Below are positions 37,688 to 49,130 of a DNA stretch of 64,000 nucleotides, in pieces; positions within the stretch are counted from its first letter, which is position 1, and each line of letters starts with the position of its first letter. The stretch covers positions 38,662 through 102,661 of the IMG/VR virus record IMGVR_UViG_3300037067_021615, one strand, 5' to 3'. Position numbers and translations under genes: made by a program. Below the pieces are notes generated by a model. It was not told the DNA's origin. It did no database searches and worked only from the letters and a program-made list of their open reading frames with translations. The DNA is from a virus. Lineage: Duplodnaviria > Caudoviricetes.

Positions 37688-39751
37688 TTAAAAATCTAAT
37701 TCTAATTGAAATGCTAAATATCGTGATTCATTCTTTTTAATTGGATAAGATGGCTTAGAAACTGCGACAAGGTCATTGTTTGAGTTGAGAATTCCTATTT
37801 CTGTGAAAAAAGTACTATCATTATATAAACTATTAAAAGAACTATTAGAAGCAGAAGAATTATATTCATCATTTTTAGCATAGACTGTAATTATAGTTTT
37901 AAAAACATTTGCCATAATTCCTGTTGTTAAATTTCCATAAAAGAATGATTCATCTCCAAAAGTTAAGCCACTAGCATATAAAGAATCTACATTAGATGTA
38001 AATGCCGAAAATTTCCCAGTTAATGCATATGTTGTTCCTGAGTTATAATCTGCTTGAGTAATATTAAAAACATGACTTTGTAAGTCAGATGGGCTTATTG
38101 TTAAACTTCCAGTTTCTCCAGTATATATTCCATTACCAATTCCATCAGAAATTAACTTCCATTTATTTGTTGGTAAATCACCAATTAATGTACTTGCAGA
38201 TGTAACTATTTCTTGAAGTAATATTTGTACCGAATTTGCATTCCATCCAGTTCCTGTTAATCCAGACATACTAGAACTATTTCTCATATATGGGAATGAA
38301 AGAGCAGGAAAATTAATTCTTAAGACAGATGCTAACCCAGTTTCAGAACTAGTTTCTCCATCTATTCTTTTTATATATCCACATGGTGAACTTTGCGGAT
38401 ATCCATAACTAATATTTTTTTGATACGCATTACTTGATGTTAAATAAGTTACATAATATGAATAATCAGTCTTACACAATCCAGTCATACCTCCTATTGT
38501 AGATGGCATTAAATTAAGATTTAATTCTGGTAATGTATAATTTCTATTAGATTTGTATGTTAAAACTGTCAACAATTCTTGGTCAGTTATTACAATTATT
38601 TTAAGTTTATGATATACTCTCCCAACAACAAGTGAACTGCTTGATATTCCATCTCTTAATTCTCTATAACTTGTTTGAGAAACTGAATCAAAAATATCGG
38701 CTCCATAGTAATCATATAAAATAATTCCATAATTTAATTCTTGTCCTAAAGTTGTAGTAGAATTTCTATGCCACATTATATTTGGAATTTCTAATTTAAC
38801 AGTTCCAGATACTAATTGTTCTGCATAGGTATTGCCAGAATATTTATTTGTATAATGAATTATTCCAAAAGCTTTTATATCATTATTGAATCCCAAATAT
38901 TGCTTTGTGCCATTGTATTCAATAGACCCATATGTTGTATATCCACTCATTGTTGAAGCTGTTCCCATTTCAGAAGATGTTCTTATTATATTCATATTCC
39001 ACACGCCACAATTAACTGTAACAGCAGACCCATAATAGGATTCTATTGCGTCAAATGGATAAAAATATGCTTGAATTTTTTGTTGTGAAGACCCAACAAT
39101 TGGAGAACTACCAAAATTTGGCACACTTCTATCTAAGTCTAATCTTAATCCACTTCTTCCTTGTACTCTATACCATAATGACACATTTGGCCTACCACTA
39201 TATACATAAGATGAATCATTTGTTATTGCACTATATTGAGGTGGTTCCCAAGGAATATATACTAAATCCCCTGTTTTTGCTGAGTATTCTCCAGAAGAAA
39301 TATAAATTTGTGTTCCCCCACTTGGAATGGTCGATGAATAGTCTATTGATGCTATTCCCAGTGGTTGTCCTTGTCCTCCAGCTGATATTATTGACCAATT
39401 TCCAGAACTTCCAGTAAGAAAACCAGTACTATTTGTCATAGCAGAGACAATTTGTCTTGCACTTGCTAAATTTTGAGAACTTATTGGAATACTATTTAAT
39501 GAACTAAATGCTGTTTTAGAATCTGTCGATGTAGCCGCCAAACTATATAATAGTTTTGGGTGGTCATCTTTAGGTGCCAAAATCTTGTTTCTACAAATAT
39601 CATAATTGTTTATACTCATTGCATAATTAACTTCTCTATCAGAAAGAATTATTTTATTAAAAGTTAACGCTCCTAATGACAATAATCTTCTTCCAGTGTC
39701 AGTAAGCTTGATATTTATAAAATTTGAAGGTTCTTGAACTATATAACTCAT
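37688..39751 (-). CDS. Baseplate/tail-collar-type structural protein, full length (start MSYIV at 39751)
   Basis: KLTDTGRRLL..SDREVNY ... FTEIGILN..LVAVSK..PIKK; late motif 39766-73. Confidence 0.72.
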   Translation of the reverse strand: MSYIVQEPSNFINIKLTDTGRRLLSLGALTFNKIILSDREVNYAMSINNYDICRNKILAPKDDHPKLLYSLAATSTDSKTAFSSLNSIPISSQNLASARQIVSAMTNSTGFLTGSSGNWSIISAGGQGQPLGIASIDYSSTIPSGGTQIYISSGEYSAKTGDLVYIPWEPPQYSAITNDSSYVYSGRPNVSLWYRVQGRSGLRLDLDRSVPNFGSSPIVGSSQQKIQAYFYPFDAIESYYGSAVTVNCGVWNMNIIRTSSEMGTASTMSGYTTYGSIEYNGTKQYLGFNNDIKAFGIIHYTNKYSGNTYAEQLVSGTVKLEIPNIMWHRNSTTTLGQELNYGIILYDYYGADIFDSVSQTSYRELRDGISSSSLVVGRVYHKLKIIVITDQELLTVLTYKSNRNYTLPELNLNLMPSTIGGMTGLCKTDYSYYVTYLTSSNAYQKNISYGYPQSSPCGYIKRIDGETSSETGLASVLRINFPALSFPYMRNSSSMSGLTGTGWNANSVQILLQEIVTSASTLIGDLPTNKWKLISDGIGNGIYTGETGSLTISPSDLQSHVFNITQADYNSGTTYALTGKFSAFTSNVDSLYASGLTFGDESFFYGNLTTGIMANVFKTIITVYAKNDEYNSSASNSSFNSLYNDSTFFTEIGILNSNNDLVAVSKPSYPIKKNESRYLAFQLELDF

Positions 39752-39883
39752 TTTCTCTTTTTTACTATAAATAAGCAATAAAAAAATATTTAATTTTTTT
39801 TTTAAAATAAATAGTTAATCATTAAAAACATTTTGATTTATTTTAAATCTTTTTTTGTCAATATTTATAAAAAACAAAAACTA

Positions 39884-42427
39884 ATGCCCATTTTTGATAC
39901 AATACCAAATTCTGCCACTACATTATCTATAAATTATAGACCAGGACAAAACAAAAGGTTGGTAGCTTCAAAATCCGAAGCTATATTTACTTTTGGCGAT
40001 TTTACTATAGAAAAAAATTATACACTTAATAATTTAACTGCTAACACTCGTTATGCTCAATTTGGAGGATTTGATAATCTTGAAACTTTAAGTGCCGTAA
40101 GTTTTTCTAGTGATATTTCTATTCCATATGTACAACACAATGAGTTAAATTTGCCAAAAAAGATGCCTAAAAGTTATTCTTATTTTTCATCTTTTTATAC
40201 TAATGTAGCATCATCAATTAACAAAATAATAGCAGATTTTCCATATGCTATTTTATCTTATAATAATGGAAATGTAAATATTTTTGATTATTCTGAATAT
40301 TATAATACAATAACTTTTGAAAGAGTTTGTTCTTTTAAAATTCCAGTTTCTGGATTAACTAATCAAGGAAATATTGCGTTGGTTTCTGCAGATACTTCAA
40401 CAAACAGTTTCAGTTTAGCATATAATAGTAATGATTTTTGTATACAATTAAGTGGGCAAACTGGACAAACAGAAGTTTTTAAAATAAAAAACTATTCGTT
40501 TTCTGGAACATATTTATATTTTGAAATTTATAATTTTTTAGAAAATAATAATATTTTAACTACATACACTGATGCATTATATATAAAACCAACAAAAGAA
40601 AGATTATTTAATTATAATAAATCAATAACAGCTTTAGAAACGCAATTGTTAAACGATGGTATTTTTTTAATTCCAGCAGTTGACACTATACAAAACGATT
40701 CTTTTGAGCAAGCTTTTATATGGCCTAGAACAATAGATGGATTTTCCCCAGATTCATACGGAACCGCATTTGAAACTTATAAAACTAACATATTAGCTGC
40801 AGCTGAAAAGATTGACGAGGAAAAAACAGATATTTTTATAAAAACAGTAACCCCAGAAAACTACTTAGAACTTGATTCTGATAATAAAATTTATAGAACA
40901 ATAATTCAAACATATGCTTATGAATTTGATAAACTTAAAAATTATATAGATGCAATAGCATATGCTCACAGTATAGAATATAATAATGAAGAAACTGTTC
41001 CAAAAAAATTCTTAATTAAATTAGGGAATCTTCTGGGTTGGAAATTGACAGAAGGATTTAGTGAATTAGATTTATTTGATTATTTAACAACTGATTTAGA
41101 CCAAAAATCAAATTCTTTTTCTTATTTTAATGTTGAGATTTGGAGAAGAATTTTAATTAATATTGTTTGGTTGTATAAAAGAAAGGGAACAAGAGACGCA
41201 ATAACATTTATATTTAAATTATTAGGTGCACCAGATTGCTTAATAAATTTTAATGAATTTGTTTATGATATTAATAAAGTAACTCCAAACATAACAGAAA
41301 AAGTAGATAATGATGGATATATTAATTACAATTCAAGTATATATGCATTTCAACAAGGTGGAATAGGTTCAGGAAATGGAGACGCATATATCAATCAATG
41401 GAAACCAGAATTTAATCCATTTAAAAGAAATGATAACAATAAAGTACAAACAGGAGACACAACTTATGGAACAAGAAATATTATAAACACAAAAGAAATA
41501 TTAATTGGATTTTCTCCAGCACAAGCAATAGAAAATGATGTTTGGGATTTTTTTAAACAAGATTGTAGTTGTTGGGCAGAAGGAGGAGCCTGTCCTCCTT
41601 TAAGCTCTATAACAGTACCTCAAGAATTTCTAACTTTTACTTGTAATAATATAAAACCAGTGAGTATAACGTCTATGACTTTAAGTCAGTATATAGACTA
41701 TGTTTATACAAATTCTATTAACCCAACAACTAGAAAAACTAGTGTACAAAATCACACAACCTGGGGATACCCCGAATTAAAAAATATATATTTAGCTTAT
41801 TATTATTCAACATATCCAGACAGTAATAGTCTAACTATGTGTAAATTAGAAGCATATCTTCAATTGCTGGAGGTTCAACTTGGGGATTATATATCACAAT
41901 TGATTCCATCTACTACAATCTTTGATGACAATGTTTCTACAATTTATAAAAACACTGTTTTTCATAGACAAAGATTTGTGTACAGAGAAGGTGTTGATAG
42001 CGGGTCTATGTTTAGAAAAAATTTCCCCACAGAAGTAACTCCAAGTATTAAATATCCTATAATAAATGATGGAAAAATACATGTTTTTGCTGGACAATCT
42101 AGGCTGCCTAATGGCCTAATAGATGAAACTGGAACTGTTTGGAGACTTTCAAAAGATATTCCAGCAGAAAACATTTATCCATCAGCAAAAAATAGAATTG
42201 GCAATATTAATTTACAAAAAAATGAATTTATAACTCCAAAATTAAAGAATTTTGATATTAATTCAATTTATATTACCACTAGAAAAACTAACTTAAGTCC
42301 ATATAAAATAACATGTAGAATAAATATAAATTCTATAACAACAATATTGGGGGCTGTAAATATACCTAATGGAACTATAAGTGAAACATCAAGTAATTTA
42401 ATAACTGAAAAAATATTTATATTTTAA
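39884..42427 (+). CDS. Baseplate wedge protein, P2 gpI/T4 gp7-like (start MPIFD at 39884)
   Basis: LGNLLGW..WRRIL..LYKRKGTRDAI; late motif 39862-69. Confidence 0.72.
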   Translation: MPIFDTIPNSATTLSINYRPGQNKRLVASKSEAIFTFGDFTIEKNYTLNNLTANTRYAQFGGFDNLETLSAVSFSSDISIPYVQHNELNLPKKMPKSYSYFSSFYTNVASSINKIIADFPYAILSYNNGNVNIFDYSEYYNTITFERVCSFKIPVSGLTNQGNIALVSADTSTNSFSLAYNSNDFCIQLSGQTGQTEVFKIKNYSFSGTYLYFEIYNFLENNNILTTYTDALYIKPTKERLFNYNKSITALETQLLNDGIFLIPAVDTIQNDSFEQAFIWPRTIDGFSPDSYGTAFETYKTNILAAAEKIDEEKTDIFIKTVTPENYLELDSDNKIYRTIIQTYAYEFDKLKNYIDAIAYAHSIEYNNEETVPKKFLIKLGNLLGWKLTEGFSELDLFDYLTTDLDQKSNSFSYFNVEIWRRILINIVWLYKRKGTRDAITFIFKLLGAPDCLINFNEFVYDINKVTPNITEKVDNDGYINYNSSIYAFQQGGIGSGNGDAYINQWKPEFNPFKRNDNNKVQTGDTTYGTRNIINTKEILIGFSPAQAIENDVWDFFKQDCSCWAEGGACPPLSSITVPQEFLTFTCNNIKPVSITSMTLSQYIDYVYTNSINPTTRKTSVQNHTTWGYPELKNIYLAYYYSTYPDSNSLTMCKLEAYLQLLEVQLGDYISQLIPSTTIFDDNVSTIYKNTVFHRQRFVYREGVDSGSMFRKNFPTEVTPSIKYPIINDGKIHVFAGQSRLPNGLIDETGTVWRLSKDIPAENIYPSAKNRIGNINLQKNEFITPKLKNFDINSIYITTRKTNLSPYKITCRININSITTILGAVNIPNGTISETSSNLITEKIFIF

Positions 42428-42437
42428 TTTTTAAAAA

Positions 42438-44150
42438 ATGGCATTAATATACGACTCAACTAATCATATTTTTTTAAAACAGGAACAACAAAAACATTCT
42501 GGAATGCCAGCATGTTCTAAAGAAAGTCCAGCGGAATCTTTTTATGTAAATCATTTTATCAACATTTCTCAGGACAGTAATTTATTTTTTGAATTTGATA
42601 CTCCTTTATTTTATACGTTAGGTGGAACCATAAATTATTATGGACAAGATTTTTGGTCTATTTTTACAAATATATCTAGACCATTTATTAAATATGTATT
42701 TACAGCCAATACAGAGCATTTTGGAACTGGAACAACAATTGTACATAATGTTTACAGAATTTTATATAAAGATTATTTAGATTATGGAGCTGAGATAATA
42801 AGAACTAACATTGAACAAAATAAAAATTACACTCTTGAGACTGTAGAAGAAACCGTTGTTGATGATAGTGGAAATTCTAAAACAACTATAACTACAAAAA
42901 AAACATCTTCATCTAGTACTTCCGAAAAGGCAGCCCCTACAAATTTTTCTGAAACAATATCTAATTTAGAAGAACAAGCAGGAGAACAAAATTCGGAATT
43001 AAAAAAAATGTTAAATACTCCGATTTTAACAATTACTGCAACCACTACTGGAATATCATCATCAAATTATATTTTGTTTTTAGATGAATATCAAAAGAGT
43101 ATAGGCGATTTTCAACAGCAAATGTTTCAAGATTATGCACAATATTTTATAACAACACAATTTGAATTTAATAGAGAACAAGCAATTGGATTGCGTGATT
43201 TTTATCAATTAAGCTCTGGAAACACACTTACCCCAATTGATTATCAGCAATATTATCAAGAAACTACTCCTGCTAATGGACATATAATAACAGGTGGTAC
43301 ATTTTCTGGAATTACTGTTTATGGAAATTTTTTTACTTATTTTTTAATTCCAAATAAACCCAATTGGCAAAGTCCATATGTAAAAGGGCAATTGTCAACT
43401 TTTTCTCCAACATTTTTTTGGTCTAATACTAATGATGGGGATAGTTTTTTACTTCAAGTCGTTTATGATTCTGGAGATAGTCAATCTTTTAGTGGAGTTG
43501 TATATTCTTATCCAATAGAAAAATCAAATTCTTTATTAAGTACAAATGATATGCTAGATTTACCAGATGGAGATTGGTCAATAACCAGAAAAACAACAGA
43601 CATAGTAAGAGAATATTCCGTACCGTTAGCATATGGAAAAACATTTTGGTATAGAATAGGGAATGTTAAAGAATTGATAAACATATTTGGGGTAAAACAG
43701 AAAGTTATATCATTTTCAAGTATAGAAAGTGCAATAACATCTTCAGATACATATAAAGACCAAGTTTATATTCAATCAGATAGCCCACATACAGAAGATA
43801 GTTCAATATTAACTTATCCAGATTATTTAGATGATGATATTTCAATACTACAAAAATACAACTTAAGTGGTACCGTTTCTGGAAGTGTTATTACTGGAGC
43901 AACAGTAGTACTGGGATATCCTAATGGAAATTATACAACACAGACAACAGATTTACTTGGTAATTATTTATTTACGCAAGTGACTCCTGGAATATACGGA
44001 ATTACTGTGTTTTATACTGGGTATGATACTTATGGACCACTTATGATAAATGTAAGTGGGAACACAATTGTACCAACAATTTATCTTGGTTGGGTATGGG
44101 GTAATCAAACTGAAACATGGGGGAGCTTAGCAGACCATCTTTTTATTTAA
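42438..44150 (+). CDS. Virion protein with C-terminal carboxypeptidase-regulatory-like (Ig) domain
   Basis: LSGTV..GATV..TTDLLGNYLF..PGIY; late motif 42414-21. Confidence 0.6.
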   Translation: MALIYDSTNHIFLKQEQQKHSGMPACSKESPAESFYVNHFINISQDSNLFFEFDTPLFYTLGGTINYYGQDFWSIFTNISRPFIKYVFTANTEHFGTGTTIVHNVYRILYKDYLDYGAEIIRTNIEQNKNYTLETVEETVVDDSGNSKTTITTKKTSSSSTSEKAAPTNFSETISNLEEQAGEQNSELKKMLNTPILTITATTTGISSSNYILFLDEYQKSIGDFQQQMFQDYAQYFITTQFEFNREQAIGLRDFYQLSSGNTLTPIDYQQYYQETTPANGHIITGGTFSGITVYGNFFTYFLIPNKPNWQSPYVKGQLSTFSPTFFWSNTNDGDSFLLQVVYDSGDSQSFSGVVYSYPIEKSNSLLSTNDMLDLPDGDWSITRKTTDIVREYSVPLAYGKTFWYRIGNVKELINIFGVKQKVISFSSIESAITSSDTYKDQVYIQSDSPHTEDSSILTYPDYLDDDISILQKYNLSGTVSGSVITGATVVLGYPNGNYTTQTTDLLGNYLFTQVTPGIYGITVFYTGYDTYGPLMINVSGNTIVPTIYLGWVWGNQTETWGSLADHLFI

Positions 44151-44165
44151 TAAATTGCAAAAAAA

Positions 44166-45041
44166 TTATTGTTGTGATAAATCATTAAAGTTCTGATTAC
44201 GGTTAATGATTGTTCTTTGCTCTTTATAATCAATATTACCATTAGAAAATGTTTTTTTTCTAGTTAATAAATTATATTGTTTATAAAGATTGTTATTTTC
44301 ATCGAATATAGAAAATAAACCTGTTTCCATATCTCTTGTTGAATTCCCGAATACTCCATAACTTATAGTTTTAAGGGTTTGGTCAACCATTTCTACTTCT
44401 ATCATAATTGGGTCAAAAAAAGTATTAGAAACAAGAATCTTTTGCCCAGCTTTTCCAAGGTCTGCTCTTGCAGTATTTGATATTAAACTAACTTCATCTG
44501 GAGTTAAAGTTAAAAATAAAGATGCGCCATTATCATTTAAAGTGTAACTTGTTGTTGACCCCTGTACTGATTGGGTTGTATTTTGTGCTGGACTTACAGG
44601 GTCACTACCTGTAATTATTTTATGAAAATTTTTTATTTTTATTCCATTATCATCGAAATACTCTATTTGATATCCTATTAAACTTCCAGTTCCTTGAAAT
44701 TGTAATTTTGGAATAACAATTCCTTTTCTAGAAATTTGTATATTTTCGTTTGTCTCTGTTACAATAAAAGAACAATCTATTATATTTGTTTGAAATGTTT
44801 TTGGTTTTATTAAAACTACATAAAACCCAAGGGCTTTAAAAATAGAAGCAGGTAATTTTAATTTATATGCGCCATCAGCTCCAAACATTTTTGCAAAATC
44901 ACCATTCGAAATATTAGAGAATAATGGTTTTAGTTGATTATCTGTAATAGCTTCTCTAGATGGAGAATATGCATACAAAACATCAACATCATTATAATCT
45001 ACATCCGCAAGTTTCTTAGTTCCATAAATTCCTATTGCCAT
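44166..45041 (-). CDS. Putative virion structural protein
   Basis: In tail block; TATTTATT at 45056-63. Confidence 0.6.
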   Translation of the reverse strand: MAIGIYGTKKLADVDYNDVDVLYAYSPSREAITDNQLKPLFSNISNGDFAKMFGADGAYKLKLPASIFKALGFYVVLIKPKTFQTNIIDCSFIVTETNENIQISRKGIVIPKLQFQGTGSLIGYQIEYFDDNGIKIKNFHKIITGSDPVSPAQNTTQSVQGSTTSYTLNDNGASLFLTLTPDEVSLISNTARADLGKAGQKILVSNTFFDPIMIEVEMVDQTLKTISYGVFGNSTRDMETGLFSIFDENNNLYKQYNLLTRKKTFSNGNIDYKEQRTIINRNQNFNDLSQQ

Positions 45042-45096
45042 AATTAAGATTTTTAAATAAATAACTAGAAATAATTTTTTTAATTTTTATATTTTA

Positions 45097-46365
45097 TTAA
45101 TCATATTCAATTCCATTATTACCATTTTGTTCCCATACTATTTCTATTGTAACTATTTTGTCAGAAGGATTGAATTCTAATAAATTAGAAGTTAAAAATG
45201 GAGAGCTAATAATAGCACCAATATTTGGATTATCTGGAGGAGTTGGCGACATATTATTAATCATAGAAAAAGTAAAAGCTTCCCCATTTTTTCTTATACT
45301 GTTAACTGTCCACCCAGTTGTACTTGCTATATATCCTCCATTTCCGTCTGGTATTGGGTCTCCTGGAATACATTCAATTTTTTTAAATCCTGCATTACAT
45401 CCAACATTTTTAAATTGGTCTCCATATTTTTCATCAAATATAACGTCATTAGTTTGATTTACTCCAATAAATTTAATTGTGGGACCTATTAAATTGTAAA
45501 ATACTGGATGCCCTCCAGGTGGTCTGGACATAAATTTTTGTTTTACTATTAATATCGCACCTTGTTCGTATCTTAAAGTCATAGATTTGTTTTCATTCAT
45601 TATAAGTGTATAGCTATTTTGTTCAAGTGTTGGGTCTATAATTTGTTTTTCATTATTTATAACAAACTCCACCAAATTAAACGATTCGAAATTGGGTGGT
45701 AAAGTTGGAGATATAACAGTCTGTAAAACAAATAATGTTACAGATTCTCCTTCATGGTATTTATTTCTTAATGGGAAAATATCTATTATTGGTATAGAAT
45801 CAATTCCAGGTGCTATTCCAGAACAAGTAATAAAATTTTTTATGTATGTAAGTGAATATGGAGTAATCTCTGACAGTATTGCTTTTACAAAAGTGTTTTG
45901 CTTAATGTTAATTTGAAATGTATTTCCTGTTGTGGTAACCGCCCCTTCTTTAAAGTTGTTTATTGAAAATCCTTTAAAATTCCAATAAGATGAAGTACTT
46001 AAATTAATCCCAGAAATTATTTCTTCTGCCCTAAATAACGTATCATTAGGAAAAACCTCTACATTTATATTATTTGTTGGAGCAGTAGTAAATGTGTTAC
46101 CACCATCTGGAATTAAACCAATAGAAAAATTAAAAGTATATTCTTCTGGTATAGGACAAGCGCCATTGCTAGAAAAAGGAATAATAAAATTGGGAGAATT
46201 AGGGGTATTTTCTTCTATTTTACCAGTTGGTTGTTCATTTATTTTATATACTTCATATATCTCACTAAATATATAATTTCCAGTATTATATGTACCAACA
46301 TTTCTTCCACGGAACAAAGCATTGGATATTTCACAGGTCTTCGTGTTTTCATTTCCAATCCATAT
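45097..46365. repeat. About 1.26 kb direct repeat, copy A
   Basis: Aligns by eye with 47876-49130. Confidence 0.9.
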
Positions 46366-47322
46366 TTTAGTATTATCATATACAATATCTGACCAATATT
46401 CATTTTCGTTAATCATAAAATTGGGGTCAATAAAACATTGAATAAGTTGTGTGGTATTGCTTAAACTTGAAAAGCTTTCTTGCTGAGAAATAGATTCAAC
46501 GCCAGGAGTTTTTATAAAAGAATTATCAAAGCTCTTTTCGCTTGTACCTTTTAAATTGTTTAAATAATCTTTATGTCTTAATATATCAGTTAAATTTTGA
46601 GAATAAACAGTATTGCTACTAAGGGATTTATTGACAATATTATTACATGCCTCAAAAGCTATTCTTGCTGTTTGTGTAAATCTTTTTAGTAAAAAGACAT
46701 TTATAAAATAATTTTCGCCTTCTGTTGGAATGTCGACTAATTTTTCTTCAGCATTTGTGTTTCTATCTCCATTATATACATCTAAAACTGCATTAGTAAA
46801 TGGAAATTTTATTGGAGAGTTTGCTGGGGTAGTTGAATTTGGTTTTTTCCAAAAATAATAATTATCAAAAACATTTTGTTTTATAAATTTGTGCCCATCT
46901 CCATCTAATAACTGATTTCTAATTGAATTATTAAAAATATCTGGATTTGCAGAATAATTAGAATTAACTCCTCTTAAAATAGAAGTGTTATAAAAACTGT
47001 TAAAAGAATCTGCCAATTTTTCGTCATCATAAAAAACTGCCTTAAATTGTGCTGTTGGAATAAAAGTATTTGCTGCTTTATTGTCTATTAATGCCGCATT
47101 CATTAAAGTGGAGGAAGTTAGAAAAGAATAATATGCTTTAACAACCTTCTGATTGCTTTCATTTGTTAAGAAAGCTCTTATGTTTGAAAAATCTACTATT
47201 TTTTCTTCTTGATTAGTTTGGTTCAAATAATAATTATCTATATATTTCAAATTACTTTCAATAAGTGAATTTGAAGTTCCTGTAAATAATTTATTTTGTA
47301 ATATATAATAATTTTGTTCCAT
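45097..47322 (-). CDS. Virion protein with duplicated C-terminal module (copy A)
   Basis: Shares WIGNENTKTCE...GNNGIEYD with the 47876 ORF; Ig/InlB-B-like repeats. Confidence 0.7.
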   Translation of the reverse strand: MEQNYYILQNKLFTGTSNSLIESNLKYIDNYYLNQTNQEEKIVDFSNIRAFLTNESNQKVVKAYYSFLTSSTLMNAALIDNKAANTFIPTAQFKAVFYDDEKLADSFNSFYNTSILRGVNSNYSANPDIFNNSIRNQLLDGDGHKFIKQNVFDNYYFWKKPNSTTPANSPIKFPFTNAVLDVYNGDRNTNAEEKLVDIPTEGENYFINVFLLKRFTQTARIAFEACNNIVNKSLSSNTVYSQNLTDILRHKDYLNNLKGTSEKSFDNSFIKTPGVESISQQESFSSLSNTTQLIQCFIDPNFMINENEYWSDIVYDNTKIWIGNENTKTCEISNALFRGRNVGTYNTGNYIFSEIYEVYKINEQPTGKIEENTPNSPNFIIPFSSNGACPIPEEYTFNFSIGLIPDGGNTFTTAPTNNINVEVFPNDTLFRAEEIISGINLSTSSYWNFKGFSINNFKEGAVTTTGNTFQINIKQNTFVKAILSEITPYSLTYIKNFITCSGIAPGIDSIPIIDIFPLRNKYHEGESVTLFVLQTVISPTLPPNFESFNLVEFVINNEKQIIDPTLEQNSYTLIMNENKSMTLRYEQGAILIVKQKFMSRPPGGHPVFYNLIGPTIKFIGVNQTNDVIFDEKYGDQFKNVGCNAGFKKIECIPGDPIPDGNGGYIASTTGWTVNSIRKNGEAFTFSMINNMSPTPPDNPNIGAIISSPFLTSNLLEFNPSDKIVTIEIVWEQNGNNGIEYD

Positions 47323-47324
47323 TG

Positions 47325-47861
47325 CTATTTATTTATAGATATTGGAAAATAAAAAGATTTAGAAACTATGCTATGTGAATTTTTTTCAATTTTTTCTAGT
47401 TTATCTAATCCATTCTCTTCTTGCTTTTTTCCTGTAACATCATTAACAGTAGTAGTTATTTCATTGATAAGTATATTATATCCAATTTCATCAAACCAAG
47501 AATAAACATCTGAATAATTTTTTATTGAATTTGCATAATTTTGATTTAAATAAATTATCATTTCTGAAGTTAAATCATTTTTGTTATTAATTTTTATTCT
47601 CTTTACTGAACTAAAAAAATCAAAATCAATATAAAATGGATTAATTGTTTGTTTATCAATTTTAAATACTTTTTCATCTCTTTTTACATCAACATATTCA
47701 AACAATTCACAAGTTTTAGTTAAAAAAATATTTATATAATAATCTCTTTTACGATTGAACGTTTCTCTTTCATAAACATCTTTGTTAGATTTTGTACTTA
47801 TAACAGGCATATCTTTTTCAAGATATATTTTTCTTTTTATATAATTTTTATTTAAATTCAT
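47325..47861 (-). CDS. Putative virion protein
   Basis: YYINIFLTK motif echoes NYFINVFLLK in the 45097 ORF. Confidence 0.55.
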   Translation of the reverse strand: MNLNKNYIKRKIYLEKDMPVISTKSNKDVYERETFNRKRDYYINIFLTKTCELFEYVDVKRDEKVFKIDKQTINPFYIDFDFFSSVKRIKINNKNDLTSEMIIYLNQNYANSIKNYSDVYSWFDEIGYNILINEITTTVNDVTGKKQEENGLDKLEKIEKNSHSIVSKSFYFPISINK

Positions 47862-47875
47862 AATTCTACATTTTA

Positions 47876-49130
47876 TTAATCATACTCGATTCCATTGTTT
47901 CCATCTTGTTGCCATATTATTTCTATCACAACTGTTTCATCGGAAGAATTAAAATCCAGCAAATTTTGAGTTGGGAATGGTGACATAATAATAGCACCAA
48001 CATTTGGGTTGTCTGGAGGATTTGGCAATGTATTGTTAATTATAGAAAATGTGAGATTTTCTCCATTTTTTCTTATGCTGTTAACTGTCCACCCAGTTGT
48101 ACTTACTATATATCCTCCATTCTCGTCTGGTATTGGGTCTCCTGGAACACACTCAATCCTTTTAAATTCTGCATTACATCCAGCGCTTTTAAATTGGTCT
48201 CCAAATTTTTCATCAAATATAATATCATTTGTTTGATTTACTCCAATAAATTTAACTGTGGGACCTATTGAATTATAAAATGTTGGATGCCCCCCAGGTG
48301 ATTTAGGCATAAATTTTTGCTTTACTATTAATATTGTACCTTGTTCATATTTAAAATACATGATTTTATCTTCAGTCATTGTAAAATTAAATGTTTGTCC
48401 TCCCAATTGAGTTGGATATATTTTCTGTTCTATTCCGTTTATAGTAAATAATGTTAATCTATATGGAAATGTAGAAGCTTCAATTCTTTGTAATACACTG
48501 AATGATACGGGCTCTCCATTATAGTATTTTTTCCTATCAGGCACTAAATTATCGATTATGGGAACAGAATTAATTCCAGGTGTAAAAACTCCGCTACAAT
48601 TAATGAAATCTTTTGTATATATAATTGAATATGGAGTAATTTCTGACATTATTGCTCTTATAACAGTGTTCTCTCTAATACTAATTTTGAATGTTTCATC
48701 TGTTGTGGTAATACTTTTGTTATTTATTGCAAAACCTTCGAAATTCCAATAAGATGAAGTATTAAGATTTGCTCCAGAAATTACTTCCCCTTCTCTAAAT
48801 AATGTGTCATTAGGAAAAACTTCTGTTTTTACATTATTTATCGGAGCCGTAGTAAATGTATTATCATTAGTTGGTGTTAAAACAACATGAAAATTAAAAG
48901 TATACTCTTCTGGTATAGGACAAGCGCCATTACTAGGAAAAGGAGCAATGTAATTAAGAGAGCTAGGAATGTTTTCTTCTGCTTTCCCAGTTGGTTGTTC
49001 ATTTATTTTATACACTTCTATTACTTCCCCGAATGTATGATTTCCAGTATTATATACGCCAACATTTCTTCCACGAAATAAAGCGTTAGACATTTCACAG
49101 GTTTTTGTATTTTCATTTCCAATCCATTTT
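47876..49130. repeat. About 1.26 kb direct repeat, copy B
   Basis: Aligns with 45097-46365. Confidence 0.9.

Noticed and set aside
45097-49130. Diversity-generating retroelement TR/VR pair
   Set aside because: Differences are not adenine-specific, both copies are coding, the repeat is much longer than a typical TR, and no reverse transcriptase is in the window
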